NCBI GenBank assembly: GCA_037447605.1
Contig: CM074819.1
Coordinates: 558,001-622,000 of the forward strand
DNA length: 64,000 nucleotides
Direction of reading: 5' to 3'
Source: Zygnema circumcarinatum SAG 698-1b
Lineage: Eukaryota; Plantae; Zygnematophyceae
The translations under genes and the position numbers were made by a program. Every line of letters starts with the position of its first letter. The first letter of the stretch is position 1. The notes under the pieces were generated by a model, which saw only the letters and a list, made by a program, of their open reading frames with translations, ran no database searches and was not told the origin of the DNA. Shown here piece by piece: positions 1-19,815 of this stretch.

Positions 1-2799
1 CGCAACCATACGACTCGAGAAATCTTCCATCTGCACAATTTTCACATCTGCCCCCCCCAAGTGGGTATCAGTACGGACATGGATTTCCAGATAGTCGGGA
101 CTCAAGAATGATGGGGGATGGCAGGTTTAGCTCGGATCCTCGATATGGGGTGGATCCACGTTACCCTCCAGATCCACGATACGTTGATCCGCGGATGCCA
201 CCAGATCCCAGATACTCAACTGATCGCCATATGAGCATGGAAAGCGCACCCCCAAGTTTTTCTCTCCCTCAGGGAGAAAGAGGTTTGTATGGCGATACAA
301 TGAGGTCTGATTTACGGATTGGGGCAGAGCCCATTCCTATGTCGGAGATGAGAAGTTCAACAGTGGACCTGCGAGGGGTGGATCCAAGGAGCTCCGCAGA
401 TCCAAGGAATTCCGCGGATCAGAGGAATGCAGTGGATCCGAGAAGTCCGGTTGATCCGCGAAATGTAGTGGATTCAAGAAATGCAGGACCGGATCCGAGG
501 AATGGAGGAGATTCCAGGAATACAGTGGATTCAAGAAACCCGGGGGATCCGAGAAGTCCGGTGGATTCGAGGAATGTGGTTGATTCACGAGGAGTTGATC
601 CACGAGGAGGGGCAAGGGAGGGAGCTGTTGGAGGGGGGGAAATTCGAAGCCCGGGGGAAACGAGAGCAGGGGAAAGTCGACAAAGTGGCGGCGGAGAGAG
701 ATTCAATTCCGGAGTTTCAGGCCCCAATAGGGACGTTGCTTCTCGCACAAATTTTCCGGTTCCAGATAGAAGACCGGCGGTGGAAGCTGAAGGGACTGAA
801 AGTAATACAAAAGCGAGCGGGAGTCTTGGAAGTGGGAACCCTAAGAAGTCGAGAAAGACGCAAGAGGAGGCGGAGGACGACGAAGAAGTCGCTGGTAAGG
901 GGGTGTGTGTAGTGGATAGGACCAAACTTCTCATTCCACTCCACTCTCCTCTCTACTCTCGTCTTTTGAAATGTCTTGTCTTTCTCTCTCTCTGCACTCC
1001 TTCCTCTCTTTTTTACTGTAGTAATGATGGGTTTGCATCGCCTGAGTGTCTCACATTGAAATCCGCAATTGGGTTGTGAATTTGTTACACGTTTTTGAGA
1101 AGGCCAACTGGGTCTCGCTCCCTTTCTCCCTCTCTCTCTCACTCTCTCTCTCTCTGTTTTCCCTCGCTCACCCTTTTGTTTGCTGGGTGCTTCTCTGCTC
1201 AGCGGGAGGGCCAGAGAACAGCAGTGATGAGCAGCTGCCGAGAACGCTGAAAAGGCCTCGTCTTGTCTGGACCCCGCAGGTCAAGATTCTCCCTTTCCCT
1301 TCAAGGCATTCCTGCGGAAGAGGAGATGTGTGGGAGATGGGAAATGAGGAGAGACGTAGAGAGAGAGAGGGAGTGGGGAGTGAGAGAGAGAGTGGGGGCC
1401 GGCAGAGGGAGAGAGGGAGGGAGAGGGGGAAGGCCGGGGAGTAGGGGAGGAGTTGGAGAGATAGAGATAGAAAGAGAGGAAGTAAGAGAGAGGCGTGAGA
1501 GTGGGGTAGGCAATTAGAAAGGGTTCAGGTATTTTCTGACACTGAAATGTATGGCGTTGGTTTTGCTTCAGTTGCACAAACGTTTTGTTGATGCTGTCGG
1601 TCATCTGGGCATAAAAAATGCCGTTCCGAAAACCATCATGCAGCTTATGAATGTGGAGGGGCTGACGAGGTGAGTAGTTATACGATGGTATAGAAATTTA
1701 AAGTTTATCCTTTTTGCCGTTGATGGATCTTTTATACAGATCTTTAGTAACAGAGATTAGTGTGTTGATTGACTGAATTGTGGAGCTAGGAGCAGGGAGA
1801 GTTGGCATAGAGTGCAGAAAGATCAGTGAGAAAAAAGGGTAGATCGAATGGCAAACGTTAGAGGGAGAGGGGGGAGAGGAACAGAGAGAGCACGAGAGAA
1901 GAGAGTGCGAGAGAAAGAGATAGGGAGAGAGGGGCAGAGAGAGAGGGATGGTCTGAGTGATGTTGTTTCTGTTCGTGGTGCAGAGAGAATGTCGCCTCTC
2001 ATCTGCAGAAGTACCGACTGTACTTGAAGCGCATGCAGGTTTGTTAACGTCAATCTCATTGTCGTATCAATTGTTTTAACAGATAGCTTGGCTTAAAACT
2101 CATCTCTCTGCTTTCTGTGACCTTCCTCCCTTCCTCCTTCTACGTCTTGCGTCTACTTCTATCATCCTTTTCTCTTGATTCTGTTCCCTCACTCTTCCCC
2201 TCCTTTTCTCCCATTTGTCGATGCCTGTCCCACCCTCCCCCTTCCTCATCTTCCGTTCGCGCCCCTTTCTCGTCCCTCCTCTCACATGCCTCCTTTTCCA
2301 CTCTCCTGCTCTGGTTTTCTCTCCTTCCCACTCCTGTCTGCGAGTACATATATCCCCTTCCCTCCTCCCCTCCCTCCCTCCCTCACACTTCGCTACCTCT
2401 CCTCTCCCACAGGGCCTCTCCAACGACGCCCCCTCTGCAGCCGACCAACTTTTTGCGTCTACCCCTCTCCCACAGAGCCTCACCAGCCCCCCCCACTCCA
2501 TGTACATGCCCAGCCACCGTGAGGATCTGGCCCCTCCCCCCCATCCCCAAAACTCCTATGGGGGTCCAGGGCCAGCCATGCCTCACATGTCCTCTCTCAC
2601 CCATGATGCTCTCACTCCTCCTATGCTTCCTTATGTACCATATGATCACCATCAGTATGGAAGCATGGGGAGGCAGCAGCTCCCTCCCCCAAGGTCGCCT
2701 GTGAGAGACTCCCGCGAGTACATGATGGAGCCCCATGGGCCGGCTCCGAACTCTCCCCCTCAGCGCATTCTGAGCCTCTTTCCAAGCAGCGGGAAGTGA
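1..2799 (+). CDS. LUX: LUX ARRHYTHMO/PCL1-like GARP (SHAQKYF-class MYB) transcription factor, 5' end outside window
   Basis: Exons <1-894, 1203-1279, 1572-1669, 1984-2038, 2413-2799, with GT-AG borders and consistent phases. The spliced product contains [82 protein letters not shown], the LUX signature, and ends LSLFPSSGK*. The frame is open back to base 3, so ATG 108 may not be the start. Confidence 0.93.
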
Positions 2800-4014
2800 A
2801 CCCATAAAATACGAGGATCTGAGTAACTCTCAATCTGCCTCTCATTCTCCCTCCCTCCCGCTCTCTCGGCCTCTCTTCCTCCATTTCTCACTTTTTTTTC
2901 TCTTCTTTCTAATTCTCCTCTTGGAGCAGTAAGCGGTTGGTCTATACTTTATAACGGTAGCGTAGTGGGAAAGCCCAAGAGTACCCATCTTTGTTGATGC
3001 TGTTGGGAAAGGGGAAGAGAAGGGTGGGAGGGATGGAGGGAGGGGCGCGGGGAGAGGGAGGATTCTCTATGTGGTACTGCAGGTCTGAGCAGACTCAATT
3101 TGGGTCCCTTTAGTTTTTGCCTAAAACTGGGTTTGCAATAAGTGGAAGGAAAGAGGCAAGGCATGTGTATTTGGTAGCAGCGAGAAAACAAGTAGTCCTA
3201 GGTATGTGCCTCCGTGTTTAATTCAACCTGTGTTTTTCTTTGCGTAGTAAGGCAAGCTTTTTTGAATTTGGACGCAGGGGGTTGAGAAAAAAAAAGGTGA
3301 AAAACATTTGCAGATTTGGAAGTGAAGAATAGTAAGAAGAATTGGTTATTTTGATACCCCAAAACACAAATGTATCCGAATTTTACAATTTAGTAGATTT
3401 GTTTTTCCATTTATTGAGCGTTTTCTGTCGCGATTGAAATTTGCTGGTCGAAGTTTTCATGCCTCACCTTGGTTTTTGTTGGGAGGGAGAGTTAAAGGTG
3501 GTCCGGTGCGAAGGAAACATAAATTGGGGCTTCGGAAGTTTTACGGTTTAGGTTTCCCTAAAGAAGCAAATAAATTTAAACAAAGACAACAAATGTAGCC
3601 GGTCCTTCGAAATTAAGGTTTTAACCTGAGCTTCGTTTCCTGATAAGAGGAAAAACAGCACGGCAACCTGAAATCCTGTCGAGTTTGCAAACTCGCAAGT
3701 TGAATTTGCAAGTTAGCTCTTCACCCAAGGACATGCACCAGTGCTCTCAGTCGCAGATTCCTGAGCAAAGCAAGTGCGGAGGGAGGGGAGGGAGGGTGGG
3801 AGGAAAGAGAGAAAGAGAAAAAGGCAGGGTTTCGAATGCACACAAAAAGAGCCAACCAATAAAAAACATGAACTCCAATCTCCAAGCGCCGTCCCTCCCC
3901 GGGGATTAGAAGGCCTTTCCTCCACGTTGAGCAACACCCGGGTTAACGGAGATCGCTTTCTATGTCCTACAACAAAATTAAAGTTACACAATTTCAGTTG
4001 AATCCAGTTGAGAT

Positions 4015-6789
4015 TCACGACGCTTCAGCGGCATAGAGAGCCTTGATCGCCTCCACATCTTCGTAACTGCCCATGAAAATTGGCGACCTTTCATGAATCT
4101 TCGTCGGAACAATTTCCATTGCCTGCAATTTCCACATGCAGGCCCTACGGTGTGAGAGAGGGAGAGGAAGAAGTGAGAGGGAGGGAGGGGGCAAAAAGAG
4201 AGAGTGGAGGGGAGAGAAGGAGAGAGGACAGGGCGAGAGGGAGGGGTGGAGCGAGCCAGAGGGGGACAGCGAGAGGGAGGGAGGGGAAGAGAGAGAGAGC
4301 GAGAGAGAAGCTTATTTACCCTTATCTTGCCAGTGAATGCTTGCCCCCCCGCTTGCTCCATGAGGAAGGACATTGGGAACACTTCATAGAGAACTCTGAA
4401 AAACCGCCAAAGGGATGCATCAGGACGAAGAAAAAGTCAGCAACATTGTTGCATTTTACGTTGGATTAAGTTTGATTTCGTACGGAAGGAAAACGTTTGG
4501 GAACGCGAGAGAGATGCGAGACGGGAGGGGAGAGTGAGCGAGAGAGAAAAAAAGAGAGGATGACTCACCGCAACTTCCCACTGGGACTCTTCTTGTCAGC
4601 AGGGTACATGAAAATTCCACCATAGAGGAGGGTTCTATGCACATCTGCAACCATACTGAAAAATGCGAAACACAAAAATAAAAGACGAATTCACATTGAG
4701 TTAAACAGTTCGAATTCATGCTCGATACCAATCCATCCGTCAAATTTCAGATAAAGAAAAAAAGGTGAAAAGTCAAAAAGTGCATCTAATAAAGGCTGCC
4801 GATTTCAATGGACTCATTGGATGCGAGGAGGTAAGGGCAATTATTGTCCGATAAAGAAGATTTACCTCCAAATGATTTTTGTACTTACAAAACGACAACA
4901 GACGAAGCTCACCTTCCGATGTACCGAAGTGATTTGGAGGATCCCTCTTTCGGGAACTTGCAGTTTTCCACATATCTGTCACAGAAATTTGCAGAGTGAG
5001 AGGAGAGAAGTTTCCACAACCCGCTCACACCAAAAGTTCTCCCCTTCCGCTCCCTACCCTGCTTAGTTCCCTCTCCGTCCACTCCCTCTTCCGCTTCTTT
5101 TCCCCCTCCTCTCCCCCCCATTGTAACCCCCCCCATTGAGACCCTATAACCCTCTCCCTCTCCCTCTCCTTCTTACTCACTCACCCCCTCTCTCTCTCTA
5201 ACCCTCTCCCACTCCCACTCCCACTCCCACTACCCTCATCTGCCTTTCCTGACCGCCTCCCTCTCCCTCTCCCTCTCCCTCGTCCAGGCTACATCAGACA
5301 ATAACATTGCCGAGTTCGAAAATTCCCCCACCCACAGCCCGAGGGAGAACGGAGAGACTCACTTCGTGGTGGGCTGATCCCAGTTCTTCGCATTTCCTTC
5401 ATTCACAGAGTAGATTTTGCCCTTCTTGGGAATCTGCTCCCATCACAATAAGTATAGATGGGTCTCGATCATTTCACTCCCTCCCTCTCTCCCCCTTCCC
5501 CACTTCCCCTCCCTCTTGCTCGCCCTCACCCGCCCATTCTTCGGGGCTTTTTAAGTGTGCAAGACTATGATTCTAAGAAACTATTCCAAAAGAAAGGGAG
5601 ACAAAGGCGATGACTTGTTGGAGTATGAGGAAATCTGCGGTTTAGGGAGTCACCTTGATATCGGGATGTGTGAGGATGAACTCTCCAAGGGAGGGATCAA
5701 GAGTGAATCCGTGAACCCCATTACCAGTACTCAGGACAAACTGCAAAATGCAAAATGAAACTAAGGTATAAATATTTTTTGTTATTAATGCAAACCATTC
5801 AGCAATAAGAGGGATGGTTGGGCTATATTGATGGGTAATAAGAAAAAACGGAGAAAACGAGCGAGAGATGGAGATAGAGCGAAAGAGGGGGAGGAGGGGG
5901 GAGGGGATACAGGCGGAGGGGGGGCCGAGGGAGGGGAAAGGGAGAGGCAGGAATGAGGGGGGGGGGGGGGAGAATAAGGAGAGAAAGGGAGAGCAAGAGA
6001 AAGAAAAGGAATGAAAGAGGGCGAGCGAGAGAGTCCTGTATTACTTACCGTGCAGGAGCTCCCATACATACAGTATCCCGCTGCCACCATTTGTGTTCCC
6101 GGCTTGAGCACATCGCTGAGTTCGCCTGCCTTGCTGTCCTCAAGGAGGTAAATTCCAAAAATCTGTTGAATAAAACGAATGGAAAGAGTCCTTAAAGTTG
6201 AGGAACCTTTCCCCTCCCTCCCCTCTCCTCACTATTTCCGCATAGCGGATGTAAATCATCCGATAGATAGAAATTTCGCGGTAGTGAGAATGAAAAGGGC
6301 GATTAGGAGAAAGATGGGACGATTAAGTTTCTCATAGTTTAAACTTTTCACAATCAGGCGTTTTTAAAGGGTTCCGCACTCCGTGGCCTAACCTCTTTCC
6401 TATTCTCCCACATTCTCTCGCTTTTTTTTTTTTCCCTCTCCTTCATTCATTGTTGTTATCTCTTAGTTACCGTGCCAATAGATACTCCGCAGTCGATGTT
6501 GGAGGATCCGTCCAATGGATCAAACACTACACAATATCTGATTCGAATCAAGCCCAAAAACAGGGAGAGTGCGAGAGTGGGAAAACAGAGAGAGAGAGAG
6601 TGAGTTGTCAGAAACGAACACTAATGGCAAAACGGGGAGCCTGTTGCTTGGTGACGCGATGGAATAAATCTTAAAAACGAGTTTTTTAAAAATTACCAAT
6701 TCTATCTACTTTCGTAAACAAGTCTCTGAACGTGGATTTTTCTACTGCTGGTTATAGGTGGGTGTTTGGAGGGAAGGGTAGGGAAGGTT

Positions 6790-6825
<36 letters not shown>

Positions 6826-8661
6826 AAGAGAAAGAGAGAGCGAGAGAGAGACGTATCCTCCGCCATCCTGCAGGCACTCACTTTCCTCGCTTTGAGGCCT
6901 CCACATAAATGGGCTCTTCATTCTCCTCTGACACGAGAATGTTCTGCACTCCACTTCCATCAGGTCAACTATTGCACTGTGCCCTTTCTCTCGCCCTCCC
7001 CCTTTCTCCTGCTCGCCATCCCCTCTCTCTCTCTCTCTATGTAGCGCACATGCACACATCCCTCTTTGTCTCTCCCACACTCCACACCGCTGTATCCTCA
7101 TCTCTCCCTCTCCCTTCCTCTGACCCCTCTCTCTCACTTTGTCTCAACCCTTACCCCAGGTAAAAGTACGATATGCAACCCATTCGAGGCCCTCATGAAC
7201 CGAACTGAATCGTCAAGACCTCCCACATCAGAAGGAGACACTAAAGCGATTCTCGTGCGCGTTGACAACATACTTCGAACAATCTTTTGATCACGTCTAG
7301 GATCATAACACATCATACATTGATGATGCATACATGCATGAAGTTATGCAACGCAGATACTTCAATTGCTTTTTTTTCGACGTCCCCCTTTCGTAATATT
7401 GTTTCTTGATATAGTGTGGGAGAGTGAGGGAGTGAGTGCGGAAGAGTAAGGACGGTGTTCTTACGGTTCGCCCGCTGCTGACCAGTGCATTGATGAAAAC
7501 ATCGTTAGAAAGAACGTCGAGCTTCTTCTGCTCTTCGCCCTGATGAGAGGAAAAACCAGCATAAAAAATTAGTTTGGATAGAAATAAGGTATCAGCGTTA
7601 AAATGAGATAAAAAGATAAATGCTGGTCACTCAATTGCTCGATCAGGTCTGGACTTTCTGGTCCTGACATCTCTCTCTCTCTTTCACATGCTCTCCCACT
7701 CCCCCGCCCCCCTCCCCCGCTCCTCCCTTCTCCACTTTGCCCCCTCTTCCATCCCCCATCCCCCCTCACTCCTTCCCCTTTCCCTCTATCACTCTCGCGC
7801 CCTCCACCCCTCCTCCTCTTGAGCATTTGGCATATCTCTAGAAACATCAACGGTTAGGAACTCATCTCCATCCACTGCATACCTGCATATCACATTCAAG
7901 ACATCACATTTGCCACATTGACAACATCACTTTTACAGCACATTCTCGCAAACCTCTCAAAGCTCTAATGATCCCATTCGAAGTGCGGTTCAACAGAACA
8001 GTCGCCTCCTTTCTAACACAATACTTTGAATTCAGGCGACCAACGAGAGGCGCACCTGCACGTTCGTCTCCCCCGCGAGGCCGATAAGCTTCGCCAGACC
8101 CGCCTGCAAGCAGAAAACACACACATTATAGGAAGGGAGACAAAGAACAAGCAAGGTCAAAATATACTACTGAACTGTAACAATGTAATGCATTAGTTGC
8201 ATATCTTTATAGTCGAACACGAGCGATCAAATCAGGAAAGTCTAAGAAGTTCTAAAAAAATGCCGAAGCCTAACTAAATGACTAACAAACTAACTAAAAA
8301 TCTGAAACTCGAACTCAAGCCAAACACTGAAATCGAAGCCAGCAACTTGTAACTGAAACAGACGACTGGACTCAGACAAAACCCTGTCACAGTAACTTGC
8401 AACCGAAACCTGTACTGGAACCTGTAACTGGAACCTGTAACTGAAACCTGTAACTGGAACCTGTAACTGAGACCATAACTGAAGCATGTACCCCCCCGGC
8501 ACCTTGTTGACAGCGGAGCAGACGAACTTGCAGCCGAGCACGATGTGGCTGAGGAGGATGGTGAGGTCCCCGCGCGCCTCGGGGTGCCGGCTCTGCTCGT
8601 TCAGCACGTGCCGCGTGATGGTCATCAGATCCGTGCGCTGCATATCCGCGCCATGGTCCAT
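4015..8661 (-). CDS. FBP: Cytosolic fructose-1,6-bisphosphatase (338 aa, 12 exons)
   Basis: Exons 8661-8503, 8103-8056, 7539-7465, 6943-6882, 6537-6471, 6162-6049, 5740-5654, 5433-5363, 4975-4913, 4655-4569, 4395-4320, 4122-4015 total 1017 nt in phase. Motifs [64 protein letters not shown]. No transit peptide. Confidence 0.97.
8409..8472. repeat. 13-bp tandem repeat (CCTGTAACTGGAA) x5 in FBPase intron 1
   Basis: Units start at 8409, 8421, 8434, 8447 and 8460. Confidence 0.85.
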
Positions 8662-8860
8662 GGCTCTCCCTCTCCCTCTCCCTCTCCTCTCCCTCTTGCC
8701 CGCTCTCCCTCCCTCTTCCCCTGTTCCTCCCTCTCCCGCTCTCCTCTCTCACTTCCCTTTTTCTCTCTCCCTCGCCCTCTCTCTCTCTCTCGCCCTCTTC
8801 TACTTTGCAGGTCTTGCAATGTTGGGGCCTCCCTTGTGCCAACTTTTTTGTCGAGTCTTC

Positions 8861-9127
8861 GCCAATGAGAACGCGTCACGTGTACATTTTTTTTCTCATT
8901 GGCCGGCCCTCGACCACCGGCGAGGCGGAGCCAAAGGGAGAAAAAAAGGGGTCGTTTGGCATATCCGTACACGTTCGTACATAACCGTACATGTATGGAA
9001 CCGCCACGTTGTACGAATTATACCCCCTTTTATTTCAAAGGGGTGCAAACGCCACTACAGCGCAAATTTCTCTGGCTGGAAATTACTCTTTGTTCAGGGC
9101 TGCCCGCTCACGTGGCTGACACGTGGC
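8861..9127. promoter_or_regulatory. FBPase upstream region with inverted CCAAT pair around a G-box, CCGTAC cluster and tandem ABRE/G-boxes
   Basis: GCCAATGAGAA 8861-8871 and TTCTCATTGGC 8893-8903 flank CACGTG 8877-8882. (C/T)CGTAC at 8965, 8975 and 8985. CACGTGGC at 9109 and 9120. Confidence 0.5.
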
Positions 9128-10542
9128 GCGACGATGGGCAGGAGTTAGGGAGTTCGGTCAGGCCAAACTTTTCACTCGGAATCTTTTTGTTACCATACGG
9201 ACGGAACAATCTGCATACTGTATCGAGCCAAAATGTATTGGATATCGGCCTCCGTCCGAAAAATTGGTTTGCCGATAGCGATATATATTTCAGAGGTAGC
9301 GATATATCGAGACTGAACCAAACCCAGGTATATCGAGAAATGAAGGCCTTCCAAAAAGTCAATGGGTGTAGCAATGATCCGAAGAAGTCCACTTTTCAGT
9401 TTCAGTTCCAGTTTCAGTTTTAATGACATCGACATCCGCAGTTCAGTGCCATCGTCCTCTTTTTATTTTTATTTTTTTAAATGCTGAAAGCCAAGACATT
9501 GGAATCCAAGTTATATATATGCCTTCTAAGACACTACATATTTAAAAAAAAGGGAAGCCCACCCACAACTACAGCGCACCCCATTCAACTCCTAAAGCCC
9601 TTAATAACCTTTAATACCAGAGAGAGCGAGAGAGAGAGAGAAAGGNNNNNNNNNNGGGGGAGAGGGAGTTGGAGAGGGAGAGGGAGAGGGAGAAAGAGAG
9701 GGAGAGTGAGAGAGAGGGAGGGAGGAAAATGGAAAAGACGAACCCTAAAAGTGAAAGAAAGAAATTGCTCTCTTAGCTTAGTTCTGACAAAACATGATTG
9801 CTAACTGCCTGTTCTATGCAGTTGCAGCTGCTAGTTCAGTTCCGTGATTTCGCCGTCGGCACATGGAACATCGTCCGCCGTAACACGCTGCCACCGCTCC
9901 CTCCGTAAATCCATGTCAACGGATTCTCCGTTGTCATAGAGAATCTGAGACAAAAGCCCAAACAAAATAAATCAAATAAAAAACAAAATTACACAGAAAA
10001 AACATAGAACACAATCAAATTCCTATTCCTATTCATAAGGCTAACTAATGAATTGATTAAATTGATCAATTCAGCCATTACCTGCACACGGGGTCTGCTC
10101 CACAGCGGCACATGTGAAACAAATCCGTAACGGAATCTGAACCCTCCCACATGGAACCCGTCAGCTCGTCTCCGTTTTGGAACGAACTGAACAAACAGCA
10201 ACAAGAACAAAAACAGGACCTGCAACGGAACAGAGAGCAGGAATGCAACAGAACGGAACGGGTAACGGAACATAACGGAACGGAACAGTGCATAGAACGG
10301 CCCAGCCCTTCACCTGTGCAGCTGCGGCGACCACACTCCCAATCGCCAGCCAATCAGCAGACTCCAATCTTGCCGCAACAAACTTTCCTGAACCCCCACA
10401 GAGAAAAAACCAAGGACCCAATATGGACAAAATCGAAAGGCAAAATGACCCATTTCAGGGTTCAGAGTGTAAACGTAAAACGTGGCACCGATCGGATGGA
10501 TGGATACATGTGACGGATTCAGTTAGGGTTCAGAACGGAAGC

Positions 10543-17217
<6,675 letters not shown>

Positions 17218-18217
17218 GACAAGAAAATCCGTTGGGTTTAACGGAATCCGTTCAAAATGTCAGCAATGAGATTCCGCATGTAAATCCTGTGACAGTTGTC
17301 GCAAGTGTTCTTGGCAGACGTTAAAAGGTTCACTTGCTTCCACGAGCCGAGAGCATCCATTGAATAATAGGAAAGGAAAATTTGAGCATAATATTTGACA
17401 GAAATCCTGCAAGTATTTAGTAAAGGAACGAAGAAGGGGTCAATGACAACAGAAGAGAAGACTCCCATGCACCTTTCTTTCTTTCCTTCCGGCAGTTCCG
17501 TTTATTTAGGAAGAACTGTGAACTGTTTGCTTCTTGTTTGTTTGTTTGTTCGTTTGTTTTCTTCTTGTTTGTTTGCTTCTTTGTTTGTTTGTTTGTTTGT
17601 TTGTTTTCTCCCGTTTGAATGAGGATTTCACGTTTCAGGGTTACAGGAGTTGAAGGTTATTGAATACTACGGCATTCAGAATCTAAAAGATTAATGGCTA
17701 TGCGAGATTCAGAGTCAAATCTTACGGGCGGGGGGGGAGGTGGAGAGAGAGAGAAAAAGGAGGCAGAGAGGGTGAGAGACTCTCTTCCTTCCCCCGTGCA
17801 CTCTCTCCTCCTCCTCTCCGCAACCTCTCTCTCTCTCCCTCCCAAACCGAACCCTCTCGCTCCCTTTCCACCAGCTCTCTCTCTCCCTCCCCCCGGCACT
17901 ATCTATCTCACTCTCTCCCTTTTCCCCAGCACCCTCTCTCTCTCCGTCCCTTCCTGCATATGCCTTTGATTAGCACACCTTTCCTCCGCTCCTGCGCCAC
18001 TCACAATAGTCGTTTGGAGCAACGCCTTCCCTCCCTCTTGAGAACTTTACTGCCATCTGAACAATTCAACTGAAAACAGTAACGTAAATAGGCAAATAGT
18101 TACTTGCTTTAGCATTTCAACAAAAAAAAAATCAAAGATTTCAAAGAAACTTCAAAAACAACAAAAAGCAAAAAGATTTTTTTTAAAGATTTCCTTTATC
18201 TTTGCAGAGAGAGACAG

Positions 18218-18283
<66 letters not shown>

Positions 18284-18923
18284 GAGTGAAGCAACCACTG
18301 AAAATTCGGGATTTGAACTACGAAATCGGCTGCTTGATTAAGGCTTCAGTCAATTAGGGTTTCAACATTAAGGTACCAATTTAGGGTTTCAAGAACAGGG
18401 TTTCAACAGCTTCGAAATTCAGACAACAAATTGCCAGAAATTGCAGACGGTATCTGAATAAAAAAAAATCGATGCAACAGACATAAACATATGATCCGAT
18501 TACCAAATCCTTAAGAAAAGGAAACCCAATAATCAATACCACAGTGATCGTAAATTCACTGTAAATTCTCTGAAGCAGGCAGATGCACCCGAGAACACGC
18601 CGCACATTATCAGATATTGCAGTTCCAATGCATACCGATTCATAGAAATAGGGATTCGAATTCTATTGAAAGAACTGATTACCGAAAACTGCAAAAGGGG
18701 AGTTTTCTGACCAGCAGAGATGACAACTGGCAATGCGCCTCATCCGTACAAAGAAAGAGAGAGAGAGGGAGAGAGAGAGTGAGAGAGAAAGAAGGCGGAT
18801 CGGCAGGAGAGAGAGAGAGGCAGAAGAGGGAGAAAGGGACTCCTACAGATGAAGCAAACGTTCCATCTTGAAGCGTGCAGAGGGTTGGGGAGGGAGGGAG
18901 AGAGAGAGAGAGAGAGAGAGAGG

Positions 18924-18966
<43 letters not shown>

Positions 18967-19006
18967 CGAGGGGGGCCTCTCTCCTGTTCTAGTAATAAAC
19001 GATAAC

Positions 19007-19177
19007 CCAATGGAAACGCGCCACGTGTACAGAAGTGCCACGTGTCGAATCCCACTTGGAGAAGTCCTTGGAGGACGGCTATACGAAAATTGAAGTGGAT
19101 AGTGCGCTGACCGTTCTGGGGGCAGGCCAACCGCAGGGTGCCACGTCGCCTTTTTACACGTGGCAGACTGTTGTTGG
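19007..19177. promoter_or_regulatory. G-box/ACGT cluster with CCAAT-N9-CCACG element
   Basis: CCAAT 19007-11 + CCACG 19021-25; GCCACGTGT twice (19020, 19037); CACGTGGC near 19157. Confidence 0.45.
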
Positions 19178-19654
19178 CCATGGCGATTATGTCATGCCAT
19201 GCCATATGCCCTGCCATGCCATGGTACTCTGCTGATGCCTATCCCTTGGGTTTTTGCTTTAGATCCGTATGTATGAAATGCCCTAACATCAACAAGGGAC
19301 TAGCACCTGAGTATCATACAGTCTATAATACTGTATTAATACGATATTATACACAGTATTGCACCTCAAGGTGTATAGTACGGATCTGTAGTTTTTGCGT
19401 TTCCATGATGCAACTTTCCTTTATTTTTTTCAACTGGTTGAACCTGGGGAGTTGGAACCTAAGGCGGAAAGTTTGCAACTATTTGCAACTTATTTGACCT
19501 TCGACCTTCGGCACGTGCGAGATTACGTCAGCTGAGTTGAACCACGTCAGCAAAATTTGAAAGAAAGTTGAAGAAGAGAATTGGACCATGAGAACGCACG
19601 CTTCAGCAGGGGAAGGAAGTATCAAGTGTTGCACAGGTCGGCCCGTTGGATCAA

Positions 19655-19815
19655 CCATTGGATTGGCTGCAAACCATTGTTCGCGACCCGGCCAACCATT
19701 GCCAATGGTTCCAACCTTGGATCCAATGGTTGCCAACCATTGCATGGTCATTGGCCGTGGCCATTAGTTGGCCATGCAATGGTTGTCCAATGGTTGCCGA
19801 CCCCATGGTCCGACC
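19655..19815. repeat. Nested palindrome island built from CAACCATTG/CAATGGTTG
   Basis: AACCATTGcCAATGGTT, CAATGGTTGcCAACCATTG and 14-bp arms CAACCATTGCATGG...CCATGCAATGGTTG. A related island lies at 50280-50560. Confidence 0.7.

Noticed and set aside
108-1079. 323-aa single-exon ORF as a complete gene
   Set aside because: The frame is open from base 3, and the true exon ends at donor 895; the remainder is intron read-through.
9054-9063. CTACAGCGC seen three times (~9055, ~9568, ~47423) as a possible transposon end
   Set aside because: A 9-mer at three copies is near chance, with no inverted partner or TSD.
17259-17261. In-frame TGA upstream of the SET ATG as selenocysteine or readthrough
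   Set aside because: The upstream frame shows no recognisable homology and no SECIS was seen; a 5'UTR is the simpler explanation.
18381-18871. Short ORFs in the SET/NAC intergenic region
   Set aside because: No recognisable motif or consistent exon chain; may be 5'UTR or non-coding.
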